A stretch of 64,000 nt of DNA from Amoebidium appalachense (GCA_963693365.1 CAVNZM010000006.1:62001-126000); one strand, 5' to 3'. Counted from the stretch's first letter, positions 27,395 to 41,445 are shown. Numbers and translations are program-made. The notes: generated by a model not told the origin, from the letters alone.

Positions 27395-28130
27395 TGTCTG
27401 TGGCTGCGTGTCTGTGTCTGTGTCTGTATATGTTCGTATGTGGATGTGTAATGTGCCGTCGGAAAGCTTACATACAGCGGTCGGTGGGCGGGTGGGTGGG
27501 CGAGTGGGTTGCCAGGCGCATAAACTTATTGGTGGACTGACCCACCATTGTACTACTAGCATGCTGTATCTCCTCCCCTCCCAACCCCGCCCATCCCCCC
27601 ATCCACCCACACACGCACACACAGATGTACCTCCCAGACCCGCTCATTAACATCATACCATCCTTAAAGATATGAGCTTGCACCACTACCACATCATGGC
27701 ATTGGTTAGTGCTCATGATGATGGGCTGCATCTGTAGTCAGTCATGTGTGCTTGCTTGTTTGAATCCATTTACATCCCCACCCTGATGTTTGCTGTGTGC
27801 TGTGGGGGCAGGCACCCACCCAGACACGGTGTCTAACCTCTCATTCACGTGGCCACCAGCCAGCCAATCACCGTGCAGGGCTACATGTGGGCTGACTGGG
27901 TGGATCTATCTGATGTGCCTGTGCCTGGTGGTGATAATGCAACAAGACAACCATGTTGGCAAGAGAATGCAACCCCCTCCTCCCCCCCCCTCCCCCCCCC
28001 CCCCCCCCCCAACACACACACACACCCCACACATCCACCCACCCACCCTCTTAATCCCTCCCCGCCTGCCCTGCGGTTTGTCCGTGGAGGTTTCGCAAAT
28101 TTCTGCCGCCGGGGGGAGAGGGGGTGGGGT

Positions 28131-28182
<52 letters not shown>

Positions 28183-29770
28183 AGCTAGGAGGAACCCTGG
28201 ATAAACTTTAAAGTCGTCAATATTTCCGAGAATCTGCCGCAGAGCCCCGTAGCCACAAAGATTCGTTGCCACTGGCACATCTGCAAACCTAGTTGCTACG
28301 TATATCCCCATGTGACACTGTCCGGCACAGTATGGCCAATCAAGAGTGTTATATCATAGGGCGCCATCCCGGCACACACGGACACACCCTGCTGCAGGCA
28401 GTCGTGTGAGCACACTCTCACCCACACAACACACAGAACACCCCCGCCAGCCAGCCCCTGAACATGATGTCTATGGTGATTGTCAACCGGCCCCAGCCAT
28501 AGGAAAGAACCCAGGTCTGTGGAGGGGAAAGGGGAAAGGGGAGGGGGGGAGAGGGGGGTAGTTCTGGGAGGAAGGGAAACAATGAACGAACTAGAGAAGA
28601 GCAGGATTTTTTGGGGAGGTGATGGTGGAGGGGGGCTCCTCCCTCCCCCCCCCCCCCCCCCCACACACACACACATGTGCACCACCACCACCACCACCAC
28701 CACCTACCCACTTCCCCCGCCTCCACTGAAATCATTGCATGCCTCTACCGTTAACTTATTCCTTGCCGAGCTTCATTGCACTTGACCCGAGGGGCAAGGT
28801 AGGCACGCAGGGCAGGCATGCAGGCAAGGGGTGGTCGGGAGACTCTGAAGGGGGGGAAAGGGGGACCACGGCCCTCTGTGTTCAGAGGGCTATGGGGGGG
28901 ACGGCATGGTGGGGGGTCAACCATTTTTGAATGACCGGGTTGGGTGACGGCCGGGCAAATCAGCCTTCTCACCTCTGGCGTTACAACATGTAGTGATAAA
29001 CCACAGGGCCCCCCCTGGGCCATGCGCATGCCCACGTGCGCACACACACACAGTAATCCACAACCACACGCATGACGACTTCGAATTCTACGCCAACTTG
29101 AATGCGAGAAGATGTATAGTCGGGAGAGATTGGCCCAAAGCTGAGGCCTAGCAGAGGATTTTATTGTGGCATCAGTACTATGCATATCACCCAATGGGTC
29201 TTCTGATGCGCCCAGGTATTGCAGTCACGTGTGTTTTGGTACCTCGTTAGATGGCTTTGCCTTCAGGTGACTAATTATAAGTGTAACAGTATGCAATAGT
29301 GCACCTCTACAATATATACGTGATATCCACAAAAAAACAGCCATCACAGATGGCAAGGTGCCACTCTAGGCCCACACCCATGCCCATATATGGCAACCAC
29401 CCATCAGGCCTTAGCCCCCTGGCCCTGCACGGGGAACCAACTACTTGCCCTCACCATCTGTACACGGGCCAACCTTCATTCCGTATAAAGTAACACCCAT
29501 ATGGCCCCCTTAAAGTAGCCCATCATTCGTCATCACAAGCATTGCTCAATAGTCATTGGCTGAAACCCATTCCCTTCGATCCAATCAGGCTAACCACACT
29601 AACACATATACACACTAAGTGGTGTCCATCAACCACACACACACACACATGCAGTCAAACACATGGCGCACACAGGCGCCCATCTTACAACACCAGACAC
29701 AAAAGGATACAGGCACCTGGCGGCCTGCAACCATTGGCCGGCAGGGGCATTAAAAACTAACGGCTGGCTG

Positions 29771-30142
29771 CTATTGGAGGGCCTGTGCCATGTCGGGCAG
29801 CATGCGCTTAGTAGTTAGCAGCATGTGGGTGGCCCAGTTGTCCAGTCGGGTCACGGCATCGTACGACCCCACAGCCTGTGTGAATGCAAGCACATCACCG
29901 TCCTCGCAGGCACGTGCTAGCGCCTGCACGTGCACAGTGTCAGTGCCACACCCTTGCACGTGTGACCATGCACACACACCAGGCAAGTACAACCCCCCAT
30001 ATGCACACATGCACACACGTGCTAATGCACCGGTATCACAAACAACCAACAACCACATGCAGATATGGCTGTGTAATTTCCTGTGTTAAAACACAGACCC
30101 CCTGTGAGCGTGATGTTGCACGACTTGAGAGTTTGTGTGTGT

Positions 30143-30173
<31 letters not shown>

Positions 30174-31172
30174 TGTGTGTGTGTCCGTGTGTGTGCGTGT
30201 GTACGTGAGCTCATGGATGCGTGCAAATGTCCATTTCCTTTCGTTCCATTCCCCCCTCCCTCCCCCCCTTTCTTCTAACGTGGGGACGAGGGCCAATCAA
30301 AACTAAAAGCAGCAAGCACCAGTGCTCTGGTGGACAGCAGTGGGGGGCAGACTGGGCAGATGCACGTGCATGGGGTCACGTGGTGGGCACGTGTTTGGCT
30401 ATGACGTAGTGGTTATTGTTATACTGTAGGGGGGATGGTTGGGGGGCTGGATGTGTGCATGATTACTTAAGCGTGCGTGCGTGTGCATAAGCCCCTTGGT
30501 TCGTGCGTGCATGCATGTTTTGCATGCACAGGGGAGGTGTGCATGCATATACATGTGCTGGGGCGGAGTTAGAGAGTGCCAGAGATCAGGGGCATTTGAC
30601 ACACCTCCAGAAAGAGACACTCCCTGCTGTCCTGCCACATGGGGCACTGCACGAGGTATCGGTCTAGGGCCTGCCGTAGAGCCACTAGGTCCTGGGGGGT
30701 AAATCATGCAGTTAGTGTGGTGTGGTGGGGCTCATATCAACCGTGTGTTTTGGGTTTGTTCGCGTTGTGTCTGTGTGTCGTCATGTGTGGTGGTGGCACC
30801 AACACCGCTGTTGCCGGAAAGGGCGTGTGCGCTGGGGGTGGGGTGGGGGGGGGGGGGGGGAGAGGGGAGGATGACAAATGATTGGTGAGGGGGGGCTGAG
30901 GGTATCAGTGCTCGTAGTTTTAGGCAATGCTTAGTAACCCAGCACCACAAGACATGCACACAGACGAAGGAGCATAGCACAGAAAAGGTGTTGGGGAGGC
31001 AAAACTTGGCTTTAATTGCAGCCGCAGGTGTCGGTATCTTGGAAGTGTTGTAACAGTGTGTGTGCGGAAGCTGCAGAATAAACAAAGAGTATGCATAATA
31101 AGCAGCAGAAGGGGAGGGGGAGGGGGAGGAGGGGGCGAGGGAGGGAGGGAGGGGGGGGGGGGGGGGGAGGAT

Positions 31173-31210
<38 letters not shown>

Positions 31211-33183
31211 TACAGCTATGCAGAGGCGGCACATGCCTGCCCTCAGCAGATGGTCTCTGGCCCCCCACTTGAGCAGAGGGTCATCCACTGCCTCAAAGCC
31301 GATCTGGGAGGGGGGTTAGTAGCGGGTGGTAGGGGTGTTGGGTGGGGTGTGTGGGTCATGGGCTGTGTGTTTGGTGTAGTGTGTGTGTAAGCAACGTGGA
31401 GGGATGGGATGTGGCATGGGGTGGGTTTTGGGTAGGGTGTGTGTATGGTGCAGGGTGTTGTGTTATGTTTTGTAGATGCATGGTGTGCATGTGGTCTGTG
31501 TGTCATGTTGCGCGAGCGCATGTTTTGTTTGCGGCCGTGTGTGCTGGGGGCAAGGGGTGTATGTGTTGTGTCTTTGGATGTGTGCGTAGGTGTTGTCTGT
31601 GTTGTGCCTGTGATTAAAACATGTGCCCGTGGGTGCACGCACGCATGTTGGATACGTGGGTGTGTGTGCACATGAGTTGGGCGTCTGCATGTGGATGCAT
31701 GTGATGACATGCGAGTGTGTGTGCATGCACGTGTATTGGATGAGTCTGGTGGGCACGCTGCCTGTGTGCATCCATGCTTGTTGGAAATTTACGCACGTGT
31801 TTCTTCTGACACGTGTGTGTCTCCTGCAACACAGATGCATGCTCTGCTCGGATGTTGGCACACATATGCTCGGTTGTCTATGCGAGAGCTATGTGTGTGT
31901 GTGTGTGTGTGTGCAGGTGTGTGCAGCTGTGTGCAGGTTCCTGTGTGGACATGTGTGTGTGCTCGCATGCACATGTGCGAGTGGATGTGTGTGCATCATG
32001 CACGTGTGTGTGTGCATCATGCACGTGTGTGTGTGTGTGTGTGTGCATCATGCACGTGTGTATGTGTGTGCATCATGCACGTGTGTGTGTGTGTGTGTGT
32101 GTGCATCATGCACGTGTGTGTGTGTGTGTGTGTGCATCATGCACGTGTGTGTGTGTGTGTGTGTGTGTGCATCATGCACGTGTGTGTGTGTGCATCATGC
32201 ACGTGTGTGTGTGTGCATCATGCACGTGTGTGTGTGTGCATCATGCACATGGTGTAACAGGGGGGCATCAGCACACACCTTCTCAAAGACATCGGCGGCA
32301 TACTCATAGTCCCCAATCTGCGCTGCAAACAGACCAACCTTGCTGTAGCCCTTGTGTGCCGCACTGCTCACAAACGTCATTACATTTGCCGGGTTTCTAA
32401 CACTCCCAGCCCCCCCCCCCCCCCTTCCATTTCCTGTGGCCCCGAGAACACATCCAACACTCACCAATTACTAATCTGGCGAGCATCCTGATCCAAGTGT
32501 CACCAGCTTTCCTTTGGTGTCCCCCTCCCCTCCCCCTTACCCCCCCCCCCCCCCCCCCCCCCCCCACACACACACCCCTCCGTTCGGGAATACACACTTC
32601 TCGACCCACCAAAGCAACCACACACACCATTCCCCACCCACCAAAATCTGCGCTCACACACGCCCTTCACCACTCACCAAGATACGCCCACACCACCCTA
32701 ACCCTACCTTTGCTTTGCACACACACACAGGCCATTTATAGCTCATAACCCTGGAAGCGCCACCCCCCCCCCCCCCCCCTTCCCGTAGGGAACAACCACA
32801 GAGACACACACACAGACACGCCCCCCCCCCCCCCCTCTCCCCCCCCACCCACACACCACAAAAAGGCAAAAATACACAACCCCCCCCTCCCAATCCCCAC
32901 CCACCCCCCTACCTCCTTGAGTTCTCCCCCTCGAACCACTGTGCTGCCTGCTCATATGCCGCACAGGCCTTTGCGTAGTCTGCCAGCTCATGTTCATACA
33001 GCTCACCTATGGCCATTTGTTGCTGCGAGGGTGGTGTCAGCGTGTGTGGGTGGGGGGGGGGGGGGGGGGGGGGGAATGGTGCAATGGGTGCACTGTGTTG
33101 GTGGCAGTGGATTTCAGGGGTGAGGTATGTGTTTTGTCTGTCTGTCTCTCTCTCAAGCGTGCACGTGTGTGTGTGCGTGTGTT

Positions 33184-33215
<32 letters not shown>

Positions 33216-33217
33216 CA

Positions 33218-33261
<44 letters not shown>

Positions 33262-33285
33262 CATGGGCACACGTTTGTGGGTGTG

Positions 33286-33332
<47 letters not shown>

Positions 33333-33497
33333 CGCGCACGCCCGTGTATGTGGGCTGGCATCTGGGTGTGGGGTGTGTGTTTTGTATGTGCTTGTGGCTT
33401 GTGTTCTATGTGGTTTTGTGGGTTTTGCATGTGGCCGTAATGTCTTGTATGTGATTGGTGTGTGTGTTTGCTGGTGGGTATGATGTGTGCGCCTTGC

Positions 33498-33533
<36 letters not shown>

Positions 33534-34555
33534 GTGTGTGTGTATGTGTGTGTGTATGTGAATCAAACATAGGCCCGGTGCCTTCATTCGTTTTGCACAT
33601 GAATGCTATGCGCTTAGGGTTTTTTGAAGTGTGCTGTTCCTGTGTGCACAGTGCATGTGTGTCACCGACAAACATGAACCAACGTCTGCATGCCCCTAGA
33701 CACTACACGAAAGAAGAAAGAATATGCCGGGGGGAAGGGGGGGGAGGGGGGTTTTGAATGCGTCAAAAAGTACGAAGTACACAAGAACAAACGGATAACA
33801 CGATGCAGAATGCAAGCCATACATAAAGAGTATGCATAATAAGCAGAGCCCATCCTCAGGGGGGGCCCACGTCATCCACAGTACCCGAGTTTCGACCTAT
33901 TCCCCTCCTTAACGAAACCCAACTCAGATACTGTTTCACTTGAACATGAGTAGGTCACCCGTCTTGATCAGAGACGAGCAGGGTTGCTTATGCAGGCAAG
34001 GGCAGTGGGAAAGGCCGGGGGTTAAAGTTGCAGCAGTAAGCAGAAGCAAGAAAAATATAGATAGGAACTCAGGAGACGGGGCTTCTAGGAAGCTCCCCCG
34101 TCGATACCTAAGTCGATACTTCCCTGGCTAACATACTACACCAGCTGAAAAGAATTAAGTCCCGAAGGCCGCAGAATTCGCAATCAGAGGGGAAAAATAT
34201 GAGATTTGACCCACGCCGCAGGGTAGTAACACGCTTACTAGGGCGGAACTTTATCGTCTTCGAACGGAAAGCTATGCCCCCGGATGTCAGCCGGAAATAT
34301 GGTATCACTTATTGCTTTGGGCTTGAAAAAAGCCAAACCGATAGTCCGAGTTATGTTACGCCGGCGGGTAACATGCCGCATGGGTTCCAAGGGAGCTGTC
34401 GCCAACAGAGCGGTGTGTGCATGCGTGCGCGTAACGCAATGTGTGAAGTGTGTCTATAGCTATGAAAGGGGGGTATGCAGAAGTGGACAGATGAAGTGTG
34501 TGGAGAGAAAAACAGTAAGAAGAAAAGTAGACACCGGTATGTGCAACCCCGCACA

Positions 34556-34594
<39 letters not shown>

Positions 34595-34655
34595 AATAAG
34601 CGAAGATTACAGGTAATCAACCAGAACAACAAATGACAAGCAAAACAACAGGCGC

Positions 34656-34694
<39 letters not shown>

Positions 34695-37258
34695 TGGTGG
34701 ACAGATCAGAGACGAGACCTCCATTTCAAAACTTACCAGGCAACCCAAAAACCTAGCCGGCTGAGAAAGAAGAACGGCGGGGGAATTGTTTGGGAAAAGG
34801 AGCGGGGGGAGAGAGAGGGGGGGGGGGGGGGGGGGGGGGGGGGGAGGGGAAGGGGGGGAGAGAGGGGGAGAGAGGGGGAGAGGGAGAGAGAGAGAGAGGG
34901 AGGGAGAGAACGAGAGAGAACGAAAGAGATAGAGAGAGGGAGACAGAGAGAGAGAGAGGGAGGGAGAGAGAGGGAGAGGGAGAGAGAGAGGGAGAGAGAG
35001 AGGGAGGGGGGGGGGGGGGGGAGGTGTAGGGGCTGGTAGGGGGGGGAGGGGGGGGGGGGAACCGGGATAGAGTGGGGGACTAGGGAGTGTTGATCTTTTT
35101 AGTGATGATGGAGAGTATGTGAGAGGAGTGAACGCCACGGTATATGTGCGGGTGTGTGGCGAGAAAGCTGTGCATTTTGTGGTGCAAGAGTCTAGACGAG
35201 TAGCCTTTGTTAAGCAATGTTTTAGCAAGTCGTGCAGTGCATGTGGTGAATGCAGCAAGTGTGGAGCATTTGCGCTGGTAGCTATGCATTTGACTTGTCA
35301 TGATGCCGTATTTTGCAGTGCGGGAGATGAATGAGTCGTGATGTGGGAAACGAACGATGTCTAGTGTATTGAACGTGGGTGTGTCGAGCTTGTTGTAGAT
35401 GGTTGTGTGAATGCCGTGATTAGTGCAGGTGATATGCAAGTCGAGGTAGGGGACAGAGGGGGAGGAACCGGCAGGGTTGAGTTGAAGGCTGGTCTTGGGG
35501 TATAGACCGAAATCACAATCTTCTAAATAGAGGTGGGAGAGAATGCGAGGATTATGAAGGGAGATCAAATCATCTATGTAGCGGCGAGTAAACTGAAAAT
35601 CTACCAAGACATCAATGCGTTCGTGTGCAATAAGCTTGCGAACAAAATCCAACTCATAAGTAAAGAGATAGAAATTAGCCAAGAAAACAGCACAGTTTGT
35701 ACCCATGGGGATACCAATGTCCTGTTTGTAGAGGGTATCGCCAAACACAACATATATGTTATCTACGAGGAAACATAGAAAATCCACAAGCTGTGCCTTA
35801 GAGAGATGCAGAGAGTGTTCTTTAGGCTCAAAGGAATCATCCTGGGAATCATCATCTACACGATCCACCCAGGACAACGTGGAGCCGGTTTTCTTAATTA
35901 ACATGTGTGGTTTGCGAGCGTCCATGCATTTTTTGACAAATATTGCGTCAATCAGTGTAGTGAGGCGAGCTTTCAAATCATGCAAGTCAATCTTGGTGTA
36001 GAGTGTGGAAAAATCAAACACAGACACGGGCGTATTTTCGTGTTGGCGTGTGGTACGGTTAAGGGCGTTGATTGTGTGTGTGAGTGCGGTGCTATCCGTG
36101 AGAATCCAAGAGCTAGTGTTGTGTGGCAGGTGGGGTTTGACAACATCACACCACATACGTTCGACATCAGGGGAGACGAACTTAAACACACTAGTGAGAA
36201 GGCGGGAGAGAGGTTCAAGTGATGTGGCAGAGGAGTTGGCAATGAAACGGAAGGTGGGTGGTGTTTTGTGCATTTTAACTATGGCCTGAAATGTGGGCAA
36301 GCGTGCAGTGCGACGTCCTGGTGTGCCTTTTATGTCATGTGTTTTGAGAAATGCAAGGTGTTGTGCAACAATGTCTTTTGGTGCAGTGTTGCAGACGGTG
36401 TATGTTGCGGCAGGTGCATGCAGTTCGGCTGTAATGCTGCTAACGTAGTGTTTTTTGCAGACGATCACGAACGTGTTGCTAGCTTTATCCATTGTGGTGA
36501 CTACGAAACGTTTTTGGAAGCGACGCAGTAGAAGCACAGAAGCTTGTGGTACGGTGTGTGTGTTGGGTGCGTGTTGTGCATATGGCAGGAAGGGGCGACA
36601 CTTAGTAAAGACGGCGGCTGCCCACGGATCCAAAGAGGGATAAGCTGCCATACCAAGATCGTACATCTTGTTACAGAAACTTTGCAACGCCTGTGTCAAT
36701 AAATTGCTACAGGTGGTGTCCTCCGTCTGCTCGACCTGCATTCGGAACTTGGTTCCAAAATGCATGAGTGATGCAAAGTCTGCGGGCAGGCCGGGAATGT
36801 CTAAGCGCGATGTAAGCACGTGTCCGTGTTGTGGGTGTACGTATGGCGCATAGTGCGGGTCGTTGCAAGGGCAGGGTTGTGCATGGATGTTTGCAATGGT
36901 GTCCTGCGGGAGTCGTGCGGTGTGTTTGCAGTTGATAGTGGTGTAGCCCAGGGTAGACACATATTTCCACACAGCAGAGATACGGAATTTACGCATTTCA
37001 AGCGGCAGGAGAGCATGTATTTCTTTGTCTTTGATGATGCGTTGCAAAGGGATTCTATCGAGCCCGGAGTTATGAAACACAGACACCAACATCACATGGG
37101 GGGGGGGGGGGGGGGGGGGGGCAAGTACCTTTGCAGCGAGGGCAAACCTGCCCTCCTCCACAAAACATTCCACGGCCTTCTTCAGTGACTCCACACATCC
37201 TGAAAAAATCACTTAGCCTTAGCACTTGACAGCACCGTCCATTCCCCCCTCCCCAGCA

Positions 37259-37302
<44 letters not shown>

Positions 37303-37801
37303 ACGCGCACCACCGCACACACACACAGACCGGACCAACACATGCACTCCCCACCCCCTCCCCCCACCCACCCACCCACCCACCCAACCCACACACGCAC
37401 TCCCCTAACCCTTCCCCCCCAAAACACACACACCCACACACCCATCCGACCCACACACACACCCACACACACACCCACACACACACATCCACTCCCCCCC
37501 TCCCCCAGCACCATGCATGCGCACTCACTACACGTACCGTCCGGCCAGACCTTTCTGTAGCACGTGGCAGCATTGATGTGCTGCGTGGCTGCCTCGTGTC
37601 TGTTGTCCCGCCCAGCTAGTGCTGCCACCCGCTCAAAGCAGTCCCCTGCCTCCCGCCCTGTGGCCCCACGAGGTCAAAAAAGGCCCTTGCGCCCTCTTAG
37701 ATTATCAAGGTGCTAACTTGCAGTCTCTCCCCCCACCCCCCCCCCCTTTCACGCTCCACACAGCACTGATGTGGGCCAACACCTATCAGTCCAACTCTCG
37801 C

Positions 37802-37843
<42 letters not shown>

Positions 37844-38238
37844 ACCCACCCACCCCGTCCCTCCACTGCCCCACTAACCCCACCACGCAGAGCAACCACC
37901 CTATCCCCCCCTCCCCCCCCCCCCACCCCTCCCCCACCACCACCACCCACCCTACCCCCCACCCCACACCATCCCCTCCCCCCGCCCCCGCCACCCCAAC
38001 CCCACGTACATCTCTTAGCCATCTTGTACGTATTTGCCGCCTTGACGTAGAGGTCCACCGCCTCATCGACCTTAGTGCCCCCACCAAGCAGCAGCCACAG
38101 GCCTGGGCACCCCAACAGTTTCCTCTGTGCCTCACTCTCATACTCCCCCGCCCTCTCTTCCAAGGGCCCAACAGACCCGGCCCTTAGTGGCCGCCGCTCA
38201 TAGCCGCCACCCCCACACCACCCAAAGCAGTCACACAT
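29771..38238 (-). CDS. NAPA: Alpha-SNAP (Sec17) family NSF attachment protein, 8 coding exons
   Basis: Exons 38238-38010, 37657-37538, 37199-37129, 33022-32913, 32363-32279, 31303-31214, 30691-30605, 29923-29771. Peptide [86 protein letters not shown]. The start Met is inferred; probable 5'UTR exon near 39281-39378. Confidence 0.92.
31991..32250. repeat. Ten copies of the palindrome GTGCAT-C-ATGCAC spaced by variable (GT)n
   Basis: Direct reading of the NAPA intron. Confidence 0.85.
33752..34460 (-). mobile_element. Decayed LINE-like fragment with a dispersed 3' tail, inside NAPA intron 3
   Basis: Broken frame ..[27 protein letters not shown] is homologous to 41205-41275 (LSEIHTGDPVQVAQVKHYLSWIS). 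The terminal 145 nt recur at 63500-63634 and 917-1017. The LINE assignment is inference. Confidence 0.55.
35080..37097 (-). mobile_element. Penelope-like retroelement reverse transcriptase, ~670-codon open ORF, probably 5'-truncated (Naiad/Chlamys-like)
   Basis: RT motifs [68 protein letters not shown], plus an upstream CPC..HGHVLT segment. No GIY-YIG domain is visible. The ORF begins at a poly-C run. Confidence 0.88.
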
Positions 38239-38291
38239 CCTGCCTGCGCCCTGGTCAGCATGAGGGGAGATTAGTACTGCTGCGGGTGGGT

Positions 38292-38335
<44 letters not shown>

Positions 38336-38344
38336 CGTGCGTGC

Positions 38345-38398
<54 letters not shown>

Positions 38399-38582
38399 AT
38401 GCGTGTGTGACCGCATAGGGCCAAGATCTAGTGTACTTGAGTCTGACAGCAAGCTCTGTACTAAATCCCACATATGCTAACGGGCAGGCACACAGGCACA
38501 CAAACACCAGGCCAGGCATGTGCACAACAGGTAGGTGTCAGGCACGCAAGCTCACAAGCACACGTGTGGTCACAGGTGCGCA

Positions 38583-38718
38583 CAGACACACAGTCAGCCA
38601 GTGGCACGTGTGCCCAGACACACAGTCAGCCAGTGGCACGTGTGCCCAGACACACAGTCAGCCAGTGGCACGTGTGCCCAGACACACAGTCAGCCAGTGG
38701 CACGTGTGCCCAGACACA
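38583..38718. repeat. 32-nt minisatellite x4
   Basis: cagacacacagtcagccagtggcacgtgtgcc at 38583, 38615, 38647 and 38679. Confidence 0.9.
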
Positions 38719-38819
38719 CTCTATTTCTGCGTACGCACCCACTTCACGTACATATGCTTTTTGACAGGGCCATCAACACAAAACGGCGGGATAAGTTCGT
38801 GAGAAATATAAATGCTCAT

Positions 38820-38871
<52 letters not shown>

Positions 38872-39011
38872 CACACACACACACACACAAACCCACACAC
38901 GCACATGCACACACGCACACACACACACATACGCACACGCACACACACGCACGCACGCACACACGCACACGCACGCACGCACATACAAACACACACACAC
39001 ACGCAAACACA

Positions 39012-39045
<34 letters not shown>

Positions 39046-39084
39046 GGCACACGCACACACGCACATGCACGCACGCACGCACAC

Positions 39085-39117
<33 letters not shown>

Positions 39118-39154
39118 TCACACGCATACACACCACGGACGCAAACACACACAT

Positions 39155-39204
<50 letters not shown>

Positions 39205-40919
39205 CTACACACACAAACATCATGCGCACACACGCATGTACAAACGTACGCATGCACGCACGCAGCACACGCACGCATACCTCAGCCCCAAGCTTATTTT
39301 GCTCTACACCAGCCCCAGTCGTTGCGTCTCTCCCACGCCCCCGTAACACCACAAGCCCCCAAAAACGTGTAGTGGGCCCTGTGCAGACTGTCAAAAAGAC
39401 AACAGTGCAAGGCCCAGTCACAGGGTTGGAAAGTACATATCAAACACTACTGCTCTCTGTGGCCCTGTGTGTCTGTCGTGCTACCCAGCAAAATAAGCCT
39501 GTGGAAAACCAATGTATAGCTACATATACATATGGGTCAATATGGGTGTCTTCTAACACTTGAGACTTTCGTACTGTCTTTGCATTTTACCTGGCAGCTA
39601 CCTGGCACACCACCACAGTATGACTGGGCCTTGGCTGATGAAAAGCCTTTTCCCGCTTCATAGAGCCCCCCTGGTGGATAATAGAAATTGAGCATAGGGA
39701 AAGAGCAAAGTGAGATATTTTATTGTGCATGGCAGTTCATAAGTTTTTATAAGAAAATTCGAAACTTAGAGAAGAAAGAGCCCCCGAGGGTAGATCTTAT
39801 AATTCTTGCTAGGACCGGTATTGTAGTCTGTAGGTGACAAAGAGGCATCTTTTGTTTACTTACCAGCCGAACGCCAGAGTGCCGAGGGTCTTTATGAACC
39901 TCAAAAAAGCGGCAAGACCTTATTTTGACGCCTTTCACCTGATTGGTCTGCGAAGAACAATACCTGAAAGTATGAAATGTGAAAACTAGGCAGCTTTTCC
40001 TGCATATCCTGTGTCTATGCATGGCTGCTACAGTCAGCTTATTTTAAATTATTATGGAGGTATATAATAAAGATATGTAGCGGAACAGAGAATCCCGCTT
40101 GGATTTTTAAGCAGTTGGAACTCGATGTTTATGTTTCTTTCAAACCTTGAATTCTTTAGACGTTACAGCCATTATGTTTGGCGGAATATCACGTCTACAT
40201 CAAACCTCTACAGCTGGACCAGTGGGACGGCTCGGTAACGTGCTTCATCGCCGTCTCACAGTCTTCCAGCTTTCCTCTTCAATTTCATTTTCTCTCGATT
40301 AGGTTCCCACAAAAAAACTACTAAGAAACCTACGTTTTCATCCAGTGAAATATGAGATATATAAAAGTTTTGAAAAAAAAATTTTAAGTCGTAAAACCTG
40401 TCAGAGCCCTTCAAGTGCTATTACCACACTGGCATACACATTCCCGCGCGCATGATAAAGAACCAATCACATCTAAGCCTCTACTTCGTGCCTGCCTTTT
40501 CTATTGGCCATCTGTGCACCACAATAAACCGGGCTGGCAGTGCTGCCTGTACCGTACGTACTGCTGCTTGGCCAAGACAGGCCGCGGACGGGTCCACTGG
40601 GACCCACAAGGGCCTCTCAAACCACACGTAAACCTACAAGCGGCTGAATATACCAGCCCGCCTGAAAACCCTAGAAAATTTAAACACGCACCCACACGTG
40701 CACAAATTTGACGTTTGCAATTGTGCACGTGTGCGAGCCTATCTAGCGCATGCGCATGCGCATGTACATGCACATGCAAGTGTGTGCCCGTCACTGAATC
40801 TCACATCAATTCTTTGTGTGTGGGTGTTGCTTCACGAGTGAACACACGAGCGCCCCTACAATTAACACATGCAGAAATTGAAACCTCAAACTCCCGAATG
40901 TGCATGCATGCGAACCCAT

Positions 40920-41273
40920 TGGGCCCAGGTAAAGCTCAGGTCCAAGTTCCAACCTATTCATCAGTTAAACAAGTTGAAATGATATTTGTCGCACAAATTG
41001 AGAAAGGGAAGGTGATGCTGATTCAGAAGAGGTCCGGAGCAGTTCAAAAAGATTTAGAAGGGGCAGGGCCACGGCCCTCTGAACTTCAGGGCGTGCATGT
41101 GGTTTACTATGCAATACAGAGTTACGATACAAAGCACACCGTACATGGTTCGAAATCACGACGGACGATACTTGGGGGAAAAAGAAAATATCCGAGTCGG
41201 GCCTGTGAAATCCAACTCAAATAATGCTTCACTTGAGCAACTTGCACGGGGTCACCCGTATGGATCTCAGACA

Positions 41274-41277
<4 letters not shown>
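40920..41277 (-). mobile_element. Second decayed fragment of the LINE-like family, starting at a (CA)n tract downstream of PSMA7
   Basis: acgggtgacc..caagtgaa.ca.tat.tgagttgg.tttc is shared with 33912-33961. A frameshifted coding-like continuation follows. Confidence 0.5.
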
Positions 41278-41357
<80 letters not shown>

Positions 41358-41398
41358 ATGTGCGTGCGTGTGTGTGCGTGTGTGTGTGTGTGTGTGCA

Positions 41399-41445
<47 letters not shown>

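Noticed and set aside
33845-33935. Hammerhead ribozyme (CTGAGGA and GAAAC cores) near the retroelement
   Set aside because: I could not build stems I and II in a valid topology. Only a simple hairpin (ACAGTATCTGAGTT/AACTCGGGTACTGT) is supported. An Infernal or RNAmotif search would settle it.
40715-41224. Plus-strand 169-aa ORF
   Set aside because: No recognisable family. It overlaps the minus-strand retroelement relic, whose homology with 33912-33961 is conserved at the codon level on the minus strand.
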